Assembly: GCA_016869645.1 (NCBI GenBank)
Contig: VGDO01000001.1
Location: 73,957-137,956, forward strand
From: Alphaproteobacteria bacterium
GTDB lineage: Bacteria > Pseudomonadota > Alphaproteobacteria > SHVW01
Direction: 5' to 3'
Length of the DNA stretch: 64,000 bases
Shown here: positions 18,223 to 27,450 of the stretch, one piece after another
How the letters are laid out: each line of letters opens with the position of its first letter
How positions within the stretch are numbered: the stretch's first letter is position 1
The notes under the pieces: generated by a model
The model's input: only the letters and a program-made list of their open reading frames with translations
The model's database searches: none
Told to the model about the DNA's origin: nothing
Translations under genes and position numbers: made by a program

Positions 18223-20232
18223 TTACACAAGATCCCGCGCAATCCGCTGCGTCCAACTCCGCGCGAAGACGCGCTGGTCGCCGTCGTAGACGTCGAGATC
18301 GCTTTGCAGCGTGAACGTCGTCGCATCGCCCGTGAGCTGCGCCCGCGTTCGGATCTCCGGGCGCCATTCGCCGCGGCTGAACTTGAAGGTCACTTCGGCC
18401 GTGGCGCGCGTGCGCAGCGGATCATCCTCGTGGGTCGTGTAGCGCAGCGTCTTGATCGTCTCGACCACCGTGCCGGTCGCCTCGATGCACGCAGCGCCAT
18501 CGTCTCGATGGATCGCGTACTCCGTCTCGCCGGTCGCGACGTCGGTGCGGATCGTGCGGTCGATGCGATCGGGCCTGACCATGGTCGTCCTGGCCTTGGG
18601 CGCGGTTTCGACCGGCTCGAACGGCCGGAGTTTCGCGTCCTCGGCGCGCGGCGCGCGCACCGGCAGCTCGAGCTGGCTGGCGCCCGCGTGGACGGTCAAC
18701 GTCGCAGGATCGGGCGCCGGCCAGACGATTGGCCAATAGCAGGTCGACAGCGACAGGCGGATGCGGTGACCCGCCGGAAAGACGTGGGCGATTTCGTTGA
18801 GCTGCAGGCGCACGCGGATGCGCCGCCCGGGCTCGAGCGGCGTCGGATGCTCGTGGCTGTCGCGATGCGTGAGATTGAGCACGGTATAGGTCACGCGAGT
18901 CGCGGCGCCATTGGGCGCCACATCGGACAGGCGCGCGGCGATCTGCGCGCGCGGATGGGAGGAATGCAGCTCGACGGTGACGATCGGCGCGCCCAGAATT
19001 TCGAGCGGCGCCGTCAGCGGCGCCATGTCGAAGACGAGCGAACCGCCGTCGTCGATGCGCTGGTCCATTGGCAGCTCGTCACCGACGCCGCCGAGGCCGA
19101 ACGGGCACCATTCGCCGCCGGCAATTCCGACCCAATTGGGCGAGCGCACCTGTATGGCTTGCTCGGGTGCCGCCGCGTCGCCGAGCACGCCCGGATTGAG
19201 GAACAGGCGCTTCGGCTTGATGTTGGGCGATGGCCAGCCGGGCTCGGCGACCCAGCGGCCCGGCCGCACCTCGATGCGCGTCACCGGCGGGATGCTCTCC
19301 TGCATCCACGCCCGGAACATCGGCTCGGCCATGATGCCCGTGTCGATGCCCTTGAGCCAGTGGTCCCACCAGCGCAGCGCTTCCTGGAGGTAGCCGATCT
19401 GCGGACCGGGCGGCGCGAAGTGCGGCCGGCCATGGCCCCACGGGCCGACCAGCCCCTTGCGCGGTCCCTTGAGCCCCTGGAGCATGCGGAATACGGCGTT
19501 CGAGTAGCCGTCGACCCAGCCGCCGATCGCATAGACCGCGCAATCGATGCGACTGAAATCCTCGCACACGGAGCCGTGCTTCCAGAATGCGTCGCGCCGC
19601 TGGTGCTTGAGCCAGGTGCCGATCGCCGGCTCCATCCGTTCGTAGCGCTGGCGCCACATGTCGCGCCAACTGTCCGGGTTGATCGCCGGATCGGGCGGCC
19701 GGCCAAGCTGGGCGAAGAACTGCTGCCCCCATGACATCATGTCGTTCATCAGGCAGCCGCCCATGTAGTGCATGTCGTCGGCATAGCGGTCATCGGTCGA
19801 CACCACCGTGATGATCGCCTTGAGCGCCGGCGGCCGAAGCGCCGCCACCTGCAGCGAGTTGAAGCCGCCCCAGGAACCGCCGAGCATCCCGGCCTTGCCC
19901 GTGCACCAGCGCTGGGACGCCAGCCATTGGATCGCATCGCGTCCGTCCTCGAGCTCCTGCTGGGTGTACTCGTCGGTCATCACGCCTTCGGAATCGCCGG
20001 CACCGCGCGTGTCGATCCGCGCGCTGGCATAGCCGCGCGCGGCGAAGTAGGGATGCATCATGGAATCGCGCACGACCGTGGCGTCGCGCTTGCGATAGGG
20101 GATGTACTCGACGACGAGCGGAACCGGGTCGGTCTCGGCGTCCTCGGGCAGCCAGATGCGCGCCGACAGCCGCACGCCGTCGGGCATCGGGACCCAGATA
20201 TGCTCCCATTCCTTGATCTTGCGTGTCGTCAT
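18223..20232 (-). CDS. CocE/NonD family (S15) hydrolase, paralog 2
   Basis: ATG at 20232 (MTTRKIKEWEHIWVPMPDGVRLSARIWLPEDAETDPVPLVVEYIPYRKRD). Nucleophile elbow GGSWGGF. The start overlaps the upstream stop (ATGA at 20229-20232). Confidence 0.85.
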   Translation of the reverse strand: MTTRKIKEWEHIWVPMPDGVRLSARIWLPEDAETDPVPLVVEYIPYRKRDATVVRDSMMHPYFAARGYASARIDTRGAGDSEGVMTDEYTQQELEDGRDAIQWLASQRWCTGKAGMLGGSWGGFNSLQVAALRPPALKAIITVVSTDDRYADDMHYMGGCLMNDMMSWGQQFFAQLGRPPDPAINPDSWRDMWRQRYERMEPAIGTWLKHQRRDAFWKHGSVCEDFSRIDCAVYAIGGWVDGYSNAVFRMLQGLKGPRKGLVGPWGHGRPHFAPPGPQIGYLQEALRWWDHWLKGIDTGIMAEPMFRAWMQESIPPVTRIEVRPGRWVAEPGWPSPNIKPKRLFLNPGVLGDAAAPEQAIQVRSPNWVGIAGGEWCPFGLGGVGDELPMDQRIDDGGSLVFDMAPLTAPLEILGAPIVTVELHSSHPRAQIAARLSDVAPNGAATRVTYTVLNLTHRDSHEHPTPLEPGRRIRVRLQLNEIAHVFPAGHRIRLSLSTCYWPIVWPAPDPATLTVHAGASQLELPVRAPRAEDAKLRPFEPVETAPKARTTMVRPDRIDRTIRTDVATGETEYAIHRDDGAACIEATGTVVETIKTLRYTTHEDDPLRTRATAEVTFKFSRGEWRPEIRTRAQLTGDATTFTLQSDLDVYDGDQRVFARSWTQRIARDLV

Positions 20233-21779
20233 CTGACCGTATCCGCCAGTTCGCCCTTGCGCCGCGCCACGTAGTCGAGCAGCGCCTCGTCGATCGCCGG
20301 GTCGAGCGGCGGCGCCTGGTATTCCTTCAGCATCCGCTCCGCCACCGCCGTGGCCCGCGCATTGGTGTCGTGTGCTCCCTCGGCTTCCCACTGCTCGACC
20401 GAATTGTTGTCGGCGATCTCCGGCAGGAAGAAGGCATCCTGGTAGTGGCGCATGGTGTGCGCGCAACCGAGATAGTGGCCGCCGGGACCCACCTCGCGCA
20501 CCGCGTCGAGCGCGATGCCCTCGGGCGACACGTCGATGCCCTGGCCGAACTTCTGCAGCATGGCGATCTGCTCGCAGTCCATGACGAACTTACCGTAGCC
20601 GGCACACAACCCCGCCTCGAGCCAGCCGGCCGAATGCAGCACGAAATTGGTGCCGGCCATCAAGGTCGGGATCATGGTCTGCATCGATTCGAAGGCCGCC
20701 TGCGCATCGGCGATCTTGGAGCCGCACAGCATGCCGCCGGTGCGCACCGGCAGCTTGTAGCGCCGGGCGAGCTGAGTGCAGGCATAGATCATGTGCGCCG
20801 GCTCGGGCGTACCCATCATCGGCGCGCCGGAGCGCATCGAGACGGTGGTGACGAAGCTGCCATAGACCATCGGCACGCCGGGTCGCACGAGCTGCGTGAA
20901 AGCCAAGCCGGCGAGAACCTCGGCATTGAGCTGAGCGATGGCGCCCGCCGTCGCCGCAGGCGCCATGGCGCCTGCCATGATGAAGGGTGTGACCAGGACC
21001 GCTTGGTTATGGCGCGCATAGACCTTGAGCGCGCCGAGCATGATGCCATCCCACACCAGCGGCGAGTTGCAGTTGACCACCGAGGTCATCACCGTGTTGC
21101 GGTCGACGAACTCGCGGCCAAAGGCGATCTCGGCCAGCCGCACGGAATCGAGCGCCCGCTCGGGTGCCGTCACCATGCCCATGAACGGCTTGTCCGAGTA
21201 CTTGATGTGGCTGTAGACCATGTCGAGATGGCGCTTGGGCACCGGCACGTCGACCGGCTCGCACACCACGCCGCCGGAATGCTGCAGGCAGCCGGCCATG
21301 TAGGTCAGCTTCACGAGGTTACGGAAGTCATCGAGCGTGCCGTAGCGCCGCTGCCCGTCGAAGCCGCGCACGAAGGGCGAGCCATAGACCGGCGCGTAGA
21401 CCATGTGGCGGCCGCCGACCACGACGTTCCGCTCCGGATTGCGCGCGTGCTGCACGTAAGTCTCCGGCAGCAGCGCCAGCTTGGCGAGCAGCAGCTCGCG
21501 CGGAATGCGCACGCGCTGATCGCGCACCTCCGCGCCCGCGGCGCGCCACAGATCGAGCGCCTCAGCATCGCGGAATTCGATGCCGACCTCCTCGAGGATG
21601 ATCATCGACGCGTCATGGATCGTCTCGAGGCCGGCGGTATCGAGCAGCTCGTAGATCGGGATTTCGTGGACGGGCTGTCGGATTTGAATGGTGGGCGGCC
21701 TGAGCCGCTCGCCGCGCCGCAGCTCGCGCCCGCGTCTAGCCTGGCGGGGTTCGTCGACAGCGGGAGCGCCCTGCGCCAC
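20229..21779 (-). CDS. MttB-superfamily (trimethylamine methyltransferase-like) protein, non-pyrrolysine type
   Basis: IPIYELLDTAGLETIHDASMIILEEVGIEF and about 515 aa of continuous similarity to my memory of MttB-family proteins. No in-frame stop. The preferred start is the GTG at 21779, which shares 1 nt with the upstream TAG. The ATG at 21842 would overlap the permease gene by 64 nt. Confidence 0.8.
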   Translation of the reverse strand: MAQGAPAVDEPRQARRGRELRRGERLRPPTIQIRQPVHEIPIYELLDTAGLETIHDASMIILEEVGIEFRDAEALDLWRAAGAEVRDQRVRIPRELLLAKLALLPETYVQHARNPERNVVVGGRHMVYAPVYGSPFVRGFDGQRRYGTLDDFRNLVKLTYMAGCLQHSGGVVCEPVDVPVPKRHLDMVYSHIKYSDKPFMGMVTAPERALDSVRLAEIAFGREFVDRNTVMTSVVNCNSPLVWDGIMLGALKVYARHNQAVLVTPFIMAGAMAPAATAGAIAQLNAEVLAGLAFTQLVRPGVPMVYGSFVTTVSMRSGAPMMGTPEPAHMIYACTQLARRYKLPVRTGGMLCGSKIADAQAAFESMQTMIPTLMAGTNFVLHSAGWLEAGLCAGYGKFVMDCEQIAMLQKFGQGIDVSPEGIALDAVREVGPGGHYLGCAHTMRHYQDAFFLPEIADNNSVEQWEAEGAHDTNARATAVAERMLKEYQAPPLDPAIDEALLDYVARRKGELADTVR

Positions 21780-22723
21780 TAGAGTTTCTCCCGCACGCGC
21801 GGGTCGAGCATGGCGTTGATCAGGTCGGCCAGAAGTGTGCACAGGACGAAGAGCCCGGTCGTGATCAGCACCGCGCCTAGCACGACGGGGTAGTTGCGTG
21901 ACACCACGCTGTCATAGACGAGCTTGCCGACGCCGGGCCGGGCGAACACGATTTCGGCGAAGACCGCGCCCGATAGCAGGCGGCCCAAGCCCACGCCGAG
22001 CAGCGACACGGTCGGCAGGACGGCGAGCTTGAGCGCGTAACGATAGACGATCCAGCGCTCCGGCAACCCGTAGGCGCGCGCCGTGCGGATGTGATTGTCG
22101 CCGAGAATCTCCAGCATCGAGGCGCGCACCAACCGCGCCAGGTAACCAACCCAGCCTAGACCGATCGAGAAGGCCGGCAGGACCAGATACCAGAGCTGCT
22201 CGCCGATCTGGCCGGATTTGCCGGCACCGATCGCCGGGAACCAGCGCAGCCACACCGCGAACACGAGCAACGCATAGAGCGCCACCACGAAAGAGGGAAT
22301 GGCGATCGCACTGACCGAGATGACGCCGGTGAGCCGGTCGAGCCAGGAGCCACGCTTGATCGCCGAGAAGCAGCCGAGCGGAATGCCGATCAGGATGGCC
22401 CAGCCGAGGCCCAAGCCTGCCAGCGCCAGGCTGTGCGGCAGCTGAGTCATGACCAGGTCGAAAACGGGCTGGTTGGTGAAGACGTCGCGCCCGAGATCGC
22501 CTTTCATGACATTGAGGAAGAACACCAGGAACTGCATGGGAAGAGGCTTGTCGAGACCCATGCGCGCCTGGTATTCGGCGACCATCTCCGGCGTCGCGCG
22601 CGGCCCCAGCACGATCGATGCCGGGTCGCCCGGCACGATGTGAATCATGCCGAACAGCATGGCCAGGGCCGTGGCCACGATCATCGCGGCCAATCCCAGT
22701 CGATTCATCACATAGAAGAGCAT
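21779..22723 (-). CDS. ABC transporter permease (OppB/DppB-like), separated from its presumed partners
   Basis: 314 aa with MLFYVMNRLGLAAMIVATALAMLFGMIHIVPGDPAS and C-terminus DPRVREKL. Confidence 0.9.
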   Translation of the reverse strand: MLFYVMNRLGLAAMIVATALAMLFGMIHIVPGDPASIVLGPRATPEMVAEYQARMGLDKPLPMQFLVFFLNVMKGDLGRDVFTNQPVFDLVMTQLPHSLALAGLGLGWAILIGIPLGCFSAIKRGSWLDRLTGVISVSAIAIPSFVVALYALLVFAVWLRWFPAIGAGKSGQIGEQLWYLVLPAFSIGLGWVGYLARLVRASMLEILGDNHIRTARAYGLPERWIVYRYALKLAVLPTVSLLGVGLGRLLSGAVFAEIVFARPGVGKLVYDSVVSRNYPVVLGAVLITTGLFVLCTLLADLINAMLDPRVREKL

Positions 22724-22895
22724 GAACCAGCCTTGCCGCGGCCCCTGCGCGCCGCCCCCGATGGCGGAATGTTAGGTGGAATTGGGCTTAGTGGTCCAGC
22801 CTATTGGCTGTAGCGTTTTGGAGATATCGCGCAATAATGCGGGCCCTCGCGCAGTCACCTCCGGCTCGCGAAACCTGACCCGAGATGAGTGCCAT

Positions 22896-23804
22896 ATGCG
22901 CAAACGAGAGTTCGTCACTCTGGATGTCTTCACCACCGAGCGGTTCGCTGGCAATCCGCTCGCGGTCGTGCTCGACGGCACCGGCATTGCGGACGCCGCC
23001 ATGCAGTCGATCGCGCGCGAGTTCAACCTGTCGGAGACGGTCTTCGTGCTCCCGGCACGCGGTTCGGATGAGCGCGCCTTCATCCGCATCTTCACGCCGG
23101 CGCGCGAGTTGCCGTTTGCCGGGCACCCGACGGTTGGCACGGCGGTCGCGCTGGCATTGACGGATAGGGCTGGCGCGCCAGGAAAGCTCGACTTCGTTCT
23201 GGGCGAAAAGGTCGGGCCGGTGCCCTGCGCGATCACCGTGACCGGCACCGGCAGCGGCTCGGCGACCTTCTCACTGCCGAAGCTGCCCGAGCGCGTCGGC
23301 GATCTCGGCGACCGCACAACGCTCGCCCCGGTCCTCGGCCTCGAGCCCGGCGACATCGGGTTCGGCGCTCACGCGGCGGCGATCTTCGCGGCGGGCGGCC
23401 CCTTCCCGCTCGTCCCGGTCGCCGGCCGCGCCGCAGTCGACCGCGTTGTGCTGTCCGGCACAAAGCCGAGCGGCACGCCCGCCAATCCCGCCAGCAATCA
23501 AGTCTTCGTCTACTGCGCCGAGCCGGTCGACTCCGCGTATCATTATTATGCACGCATGCTGGCACCCGGATTCGGCATTGCCGAGGACCCGGCGACCGGC
23601 CTCGCCACTGCCTGCTTTGCCGGCGCGATCATGGAGTTCCAGAAGCCAGGTGACGGCACGCACCGTTTCGTCATCGAGCAGGGCTATGCCATGGGCCGAC
23701 CATCGCAGATCGAGCTGACGCTCCATGTCGAGCGCGGCAAGCTGGTGCGCGCGACGATCGGCGGCGGCGCCGTCGTCGTCACCACAGGCACCTTCATGAT
23801 GTGA
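22896..23804 (+). CDS. PhzF-family isomerase-like protein
   Basis: ATG at 22896. FVTLDVFTTERFAGNPLAVVLDG...FNLSETVFVLP...IFTPARELPFAGHPTVG are hallmark PhzF motifs. Confidence 0.85.
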   Translation: MRKREFVTLDVFTTERFAGNPLAVVLDGTGIADAAMQSIAREFNLSETVFVLPARGSDERAFIRIFTPARELPFAGHPTVGTAVALALTDRAGAPGKLDFVLGEKVGPVPCAITVTGTGSGSATFSLPKLPERVGDLGDRTTLAPVLGLEPGDIGFGAHAAAIFAAGGPFPLVPVAGRAAVDRVVLSGTKPSGTPANPASNQVFVYCAEPVDSAYHYYARMLAPGFGIAEDPATGLATACFAGAIMEFQKPGDGTHRFVIEQGYAMGRPSQIELTLHVERGKLVRATIGGGAVVVTTGTFMM

Positions 23805-23863
23805 ATCGCAAACCGGCGGCAGGAGGCCTGCCTCCGGTGGAGATATGGCAGCAGCGACGGTGC

Positions 23864-24064
23864 TCAGGTGCCGACGTACTTGATGAAACAGCCATAGGGC
23901 GGCGCCGTCGTCCGCTCAGGCGCACGGCCTTCGGCGACTGCGATCACGGCGTTGCAAAATTGAGGCTCGACCTTCGGCACGTCGTCGATGCGCGACGAGC
24001 GAATGCTGTCGATGCGGGACTTTCACCCCCTGGACCGCGCCAGCTTCGCCTTGCGCACGGACAT
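23864..24064 (-). pseudogene. 66-codon ORF interrupted by one in-frame TGA (24023-24025); possible gene remnant or small gene
   Basis: Hand translation gives MSVRKAKLARSRG-TGA-KSRIDSIRSSRIDDVPKVEPQFCNAVIAVAEGRAPERTTAPPYGCFIKYVGT-stop. Third-position GC of the 52-codon part is high (about four fifths by my count), like real genes here. No family recognised. Confidence 0.3.
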
Positions 24065-24113
24065 TCATCCTCTTCGGGTGCGAGGTCGAGCGGCCGCAGA
24101 AAAGATGAATGTC
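24060..24113. promoter_or_regulatory. 10-bp perfect inverted repeat GACATTCATC ... GATGAATGTC, 34-nt spacer
   Basis: Read directly at 24060-24069 and 24104-24113. The left arm covers the ATG of the small minus-strand ORF. Confidence 0.3.
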
Positions 24114-24323
24114 TCGGCGACAACAATCGTCAACCCCGTACGCTCGACGAATAGCACAGGCTAGGCAGCGTCCTGCACTTCTGACCTAAGTTCCGCCCCA
24201 CCGGCAAGGAGCCCCTGCGATGCTGCCTATCCTGAAACCACCATGATGAACCGTCCAATTGAGGTCTAGCGGCCGAATCAGACTTCGATAGACTAGCCCC
24301 GCACATTTCAACAGCAGGGCAAA

Positions 24324-26339
24324 ATGGCCGATACGACCTCCCATACCCGCCGCGTCCACGAGATCGCCAATGAGTGGGTTCCGCTGGCGGACGGCACGCG
24401 GCTCGCCGCGCGCATCTGGCTGCCCGAGGATGCCGCGGCCGATCCCGTGCCCGGCGTCATCGAATACATCCCCTATCGCAAGCGTGACGGGACGGCGCCG
24501 CGCGACGCGCTGATACACCCCTATGTGGCGGCGCATGGCTATGCCTGCGTGCGCGTCGACATCCGCGGCTCGGGCGAGTCCGACGGTGCGCTGACCGACG
24601 AGTACCTGCCGTCCGAGCTGTCCGACGGCTGCGAGGCGATCCAATGGATCGCGCGCCAGCCCTGGTGCACCGGCGCGGTCGGCATCATCGGCAACTCGTG
24701 GGGTGGCTTCAACGGGCTGCAGATCGCGGCGCTCAGGCCGCCGGCGCTCAAGGCGGTGATCACCTCGTGCTCGACCGACGACCGTTATGCCGACGACATC
24801 CACTGGATGGGCGGCTGCCTGCTCAACGACAACATGAAATGGGCGTCGACCATGTTCGCCCACAACACGCGGCCGCCCGATCCGGCGATCGTCGGCACGG
24901 CCTGGCGCGACATGTGGATGCAGCGGCTCGATGGCAGCGGGCTGTGGATCGACACTTGGCTGCGTCACCAGCGGCGCGACGCGTTCTGGAAGCACGGGTC
25001 GGTGTGCGAGGACTTCTCGGCGATCCAATGCCCGGTCTTCGCGGTCGGCGGCTGGAATGACGGCTACAGCAACGCAATCCCGCGCCTGCTCGCCGGCCTC
25101 GAGGTGCCCAGGCTGGCCTGGATCGGACAGTGGGCCCATCGCTATCCGCATATGGCGGCACCCGGCCCCGCCGTCGGCTTCCTGCAGGAAGCCGTGCGCT
25201 GGTGGGACCATTGGCTCAAGGGACGCGACACCGGCATGATGAACGGGCCGATGCTGCGCGCCTATATCCAGGACTACATGCCGCCGCTGGCGCGGCTCGA
25301 CAACGTCGACGGCCGCTGGGTCGGCGAATCGACCTGGCCTTCGTTGCGCATCAGGATGCAGCGCCTTCATCTCAACATCGGCAAGCTGGAAGCGTCAGCC
25401 GGCCGCGAGACCGCATTGACGATCTGCTCGCCCGAAGACGTCGGTCTTGCCTCCGGCAAATGGTGCGGGCATGGCCTCGGTCCCGATCTGCCGACCGACC
25501 AGCGCCAGGACGATGCCGGCTCCCTCGTCTTCGAGACGGCGCCGCAGGAACAACGGCTCGAGCTGTTGGGCGCGCCGGTCGCCGAGCTCGAGCTGGCCGC
25601 CGACCGTCCGGTCGCCATGGTCGCGGTACGTCTCAACGACGTGGCGCCGGATGGCGCCGTGACCCGGCTGACCTACGGCCTTCTCAATCTCACCCATCGC
25701 AAGAGCCACGAGTTCCCCGAGGCGGTGACGCCCGGCAAGCGCATGCGCGTGCGCGTCCAGCTCAACGATATCGGGCAGGCGATCCGACCGGGCCACCGCC
25801 TGCGCCTCGCGGTCTCGACCACCTATTGGCCGATCGCCTGGTCGATGCCGGAACGAGTCACGCTGACCATCTACACAGGCGCCAGCTCGCTCGACCTGCC
25901 GGTGCGTCCGCCCGATCCGGGCGATGAGCGCATGACGGCGCTGCCGCCGGCTGTCCTTCCCCCAGCACTCAAGATGACGACGCTCAAGGAGGCTAGCGAT
26001 GGCCGCGCCATCATCCGCGACGTCGGCCGCGGCGAGAGCAAGGTGACCCATCACGAGGATGCCGGGACCAGGCGGATCGATGAAATTGGCCTGACGCTGC
26101 AGGCGCGCGCCGATGCGTCCTATGCGATCCGACCGGACGATCCAACCTCGGCGCGCGCCGAAGTCGGCTGGACTGTCGGCATGCAGCGCGACGGCTGGCA
26201 CATCTCGTCGCGCACCAACACGGTGCTGACCTCGACCCGCACGGATTTCCGGCTACGCGCCTCGCTCGACGCCTTCGAGGGCGACCGGCGTGTCTTCAGC
26301 CGATCCTGGGACTCGACAATCCCGCGCGATCATCTCTGA
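24324..26339 (+). CDS. CocE/NonD family (S15) hydrolase, paralog 3
   Basis: 671 aa with RLAARIWLPEDAAADPVPGVIEYIPYRKRD and nucleophile elbow GNSWGGF. Confidence 0.85.
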   Translation: MADTTSHTRRVHEIANEWVPLADGTRLAARIWLPEDAAADPVPGVIEYIPYRKRDGTAPRDALIHPYVAAHGYACVRVDIRGSGESDGALTDEYLPSELSDGCEAIQWIARQPWCTGAVGIIGNSWGGFNGLQIAALRPPALKAVITSCSTDDRYADDIHWMGGCLLNDNMKWASTMFAHNTRPPDPAIVGTAWRDMWMQRLDGSGLWIDTWLRHQRRDAFWKHGSVCEDFSAIQCPVFAVGGWNDGYSNAIPRLLAGLEVPRLAWIGQWAHRYPHMAAPGPAVGFLQEAVRWWDHWLKGRDTGMMNGPMLRAYIQDYMPPLARLDNVDGRWVGESTWPSLRIRMQRLHLNIGKLEASAGRETALTICSPEDVGLASGKWCGHGLGPDLPTDQRQDDAGSLVFETAPQEQRLELLGAPVAELELAADRPVAMVAVRLNDVAPDGAVTRLTYGLLNLTHRKSHEFPEAVTPGKRMRVRVQLNDIGQAIRPGHRLRLAVSTTYWPIAWSMPERVTLTIYTGASSLDLPVRPPDPGDERMTALPPAVLPPALKMTTLKEASDGRAIIRDVGRGESKVTHHEDAGTRRIDEIGLTLQARADASYAIRPDDPTSARAEVGWTVGMQRDGWHISSRTNTVLTSTRTDFRLRASLDAFEGDRRVFSRSWDSTIPRDHL

Positions 26340-26397
26340 AAACGACAGCGGCGGCCGGTCGCCCGGCCGCCGCGTCGATCGAGGCTCAGAGCTCAGC

Positions 26398-27450
26398 TCA
26401 CTTGGCGACGAAGCGGTTCCACGACTCCAGCCACTTCGGGAAGTCGCGGTTCACGACGTCCCAGTCGACCAGAACCATCTTGCTGAGCTCGGCGTCCGAG
26501 GCGGGAAACTGCTCGGAGAGGCGCGGATAGGCGGCCAGCACGTTGGTCAGCGTCTTGTTGGTCGGCCCATAGGGTAGATAGCTCGAGTTGCAAAGCTGCA
26601 CCATCGGGTCGAGGGCGATGTTGATGTACTGCATCACCTCTTTCTTGTACTTCGTGCCCTTGACCGGATCGAGGAAGGTGATCTGCGCAAATCCCTTATT
26701 GTCGGGGAAGATGTACTTCATCGGGAAGCCTTCCCGGATGGTCTGCCAGGAGCGGCCGTTGTACCAGGGTGCGGCCCATACATCGCCCGCCAGGAACTTC
26801 GATTTCAGATCCGCCGACGACTTGAAGAAATAGTGCGGCTTCATGTCCGCAATCTTCTTCCACGCATCCTTGACGTCCCTCTCGTCCTTGCCAACCTGCC
26901 AAGCCGCGACGATCACGAAATTCATGCCGGCCGAGGTGGTGATGTCCGGCACCGCCACACGGTTCGCGAGTTTCGGGTTCCACAAATCGGCCCACGACTT
27001 GGGTTCCGGGATGCCCTGCTCGGCGAAAATCTTGGTGTTGTAAGCGAGTCCGACCGACGAGGTGTTGATGCCGATGCCGAAATCGCCCTTCACCTTCGCC
27101 GCTTCGTAGACGAACTCGGCGTTGGTGATGATCGACCGGTCGATCTTTTCGACCACGCCGGATTCGACAGCCTGCGCATGCGGTCCGTCGTCGAGATAGG
27201 CGAGGTCGAGCGGCGGCTCACCGCGGCCTTGCGACGCGAGGATTTTCGCCAGGTGATCCGTCGGATTGCCATCGGTGAAGCGGACCTTGTGGCCGGTTCG
27301 ATAGGTGAAGTACTCGGCCGTGCACCTGTTGGTCGTTTCGGTGAAGATGCCGCCGTAATTGCCAATCCGGAGCGTGATCTCCTGCCCGTTCGCGGCGGCC
27401 GCGGCGAGCACGCCCAAAGCGAGTGTTGCAGAGCCAAGCAAGCGCTTCAT
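26398..27450 (-). CDS. ABC transporter substrate-binding protein, family 1 (PotD/PotF-like)
   Basis: The ATG at 27450 (MKRLLGSATLALGVLAAAAANGQ) is preceded by GGAGG at about 6 nt. The track start at 27462 is 4 codons upstream. Confidence 0.8.
   Translation of the reverse strand: MKRLLGSATLALGVLAAAAANGQEITLRIGNYGGIFTETTNRCTAEYFTYRTGHKVRFTDGNPTDHLAKILASQGRGEPPLDLAYLDDGPHAQAVESGVVEKIDRSIITNAEFVYEAAKVKGDFGIGINTSSVGLAYNTKIFAEQGIPEPKSWADLWNPKLANRVAVPDITTSAGMNFVIVAAWQVGKDERDVKDAWKKIADMKPHYFFKSSADLKSKFLAGDVWAAPWYNGRSWQTIREGFPMKYIFPDNKGFAQITFLDPVKGTKYKKEVMQYINIALDPMVQLCNSSYLPYGPTNKTLTNVLAAYPRLSEQFPASDAELSKMVLVDWDVVNRDFPKWLESWNRFVAK

Noticed and set aside
20229-21842. Possible in-frame amber (pyrrolysine) codon in the MttB-like gene.
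   Set aside because: The reading frame is continuous with no internal TAG, and no pyl genes are visible. This is a non-Pyl family member.
23801-24154. Track ORF 23801..24154 (+, 117 aa), overlapping the phzF-like stop.
   Set aside because: It is Arg-rich and low-complexity, with no SD. By my hand count its third-position GC is much weaker than in the opposite-strand frame. I treated it as a shadow of the minus-strand remnant.
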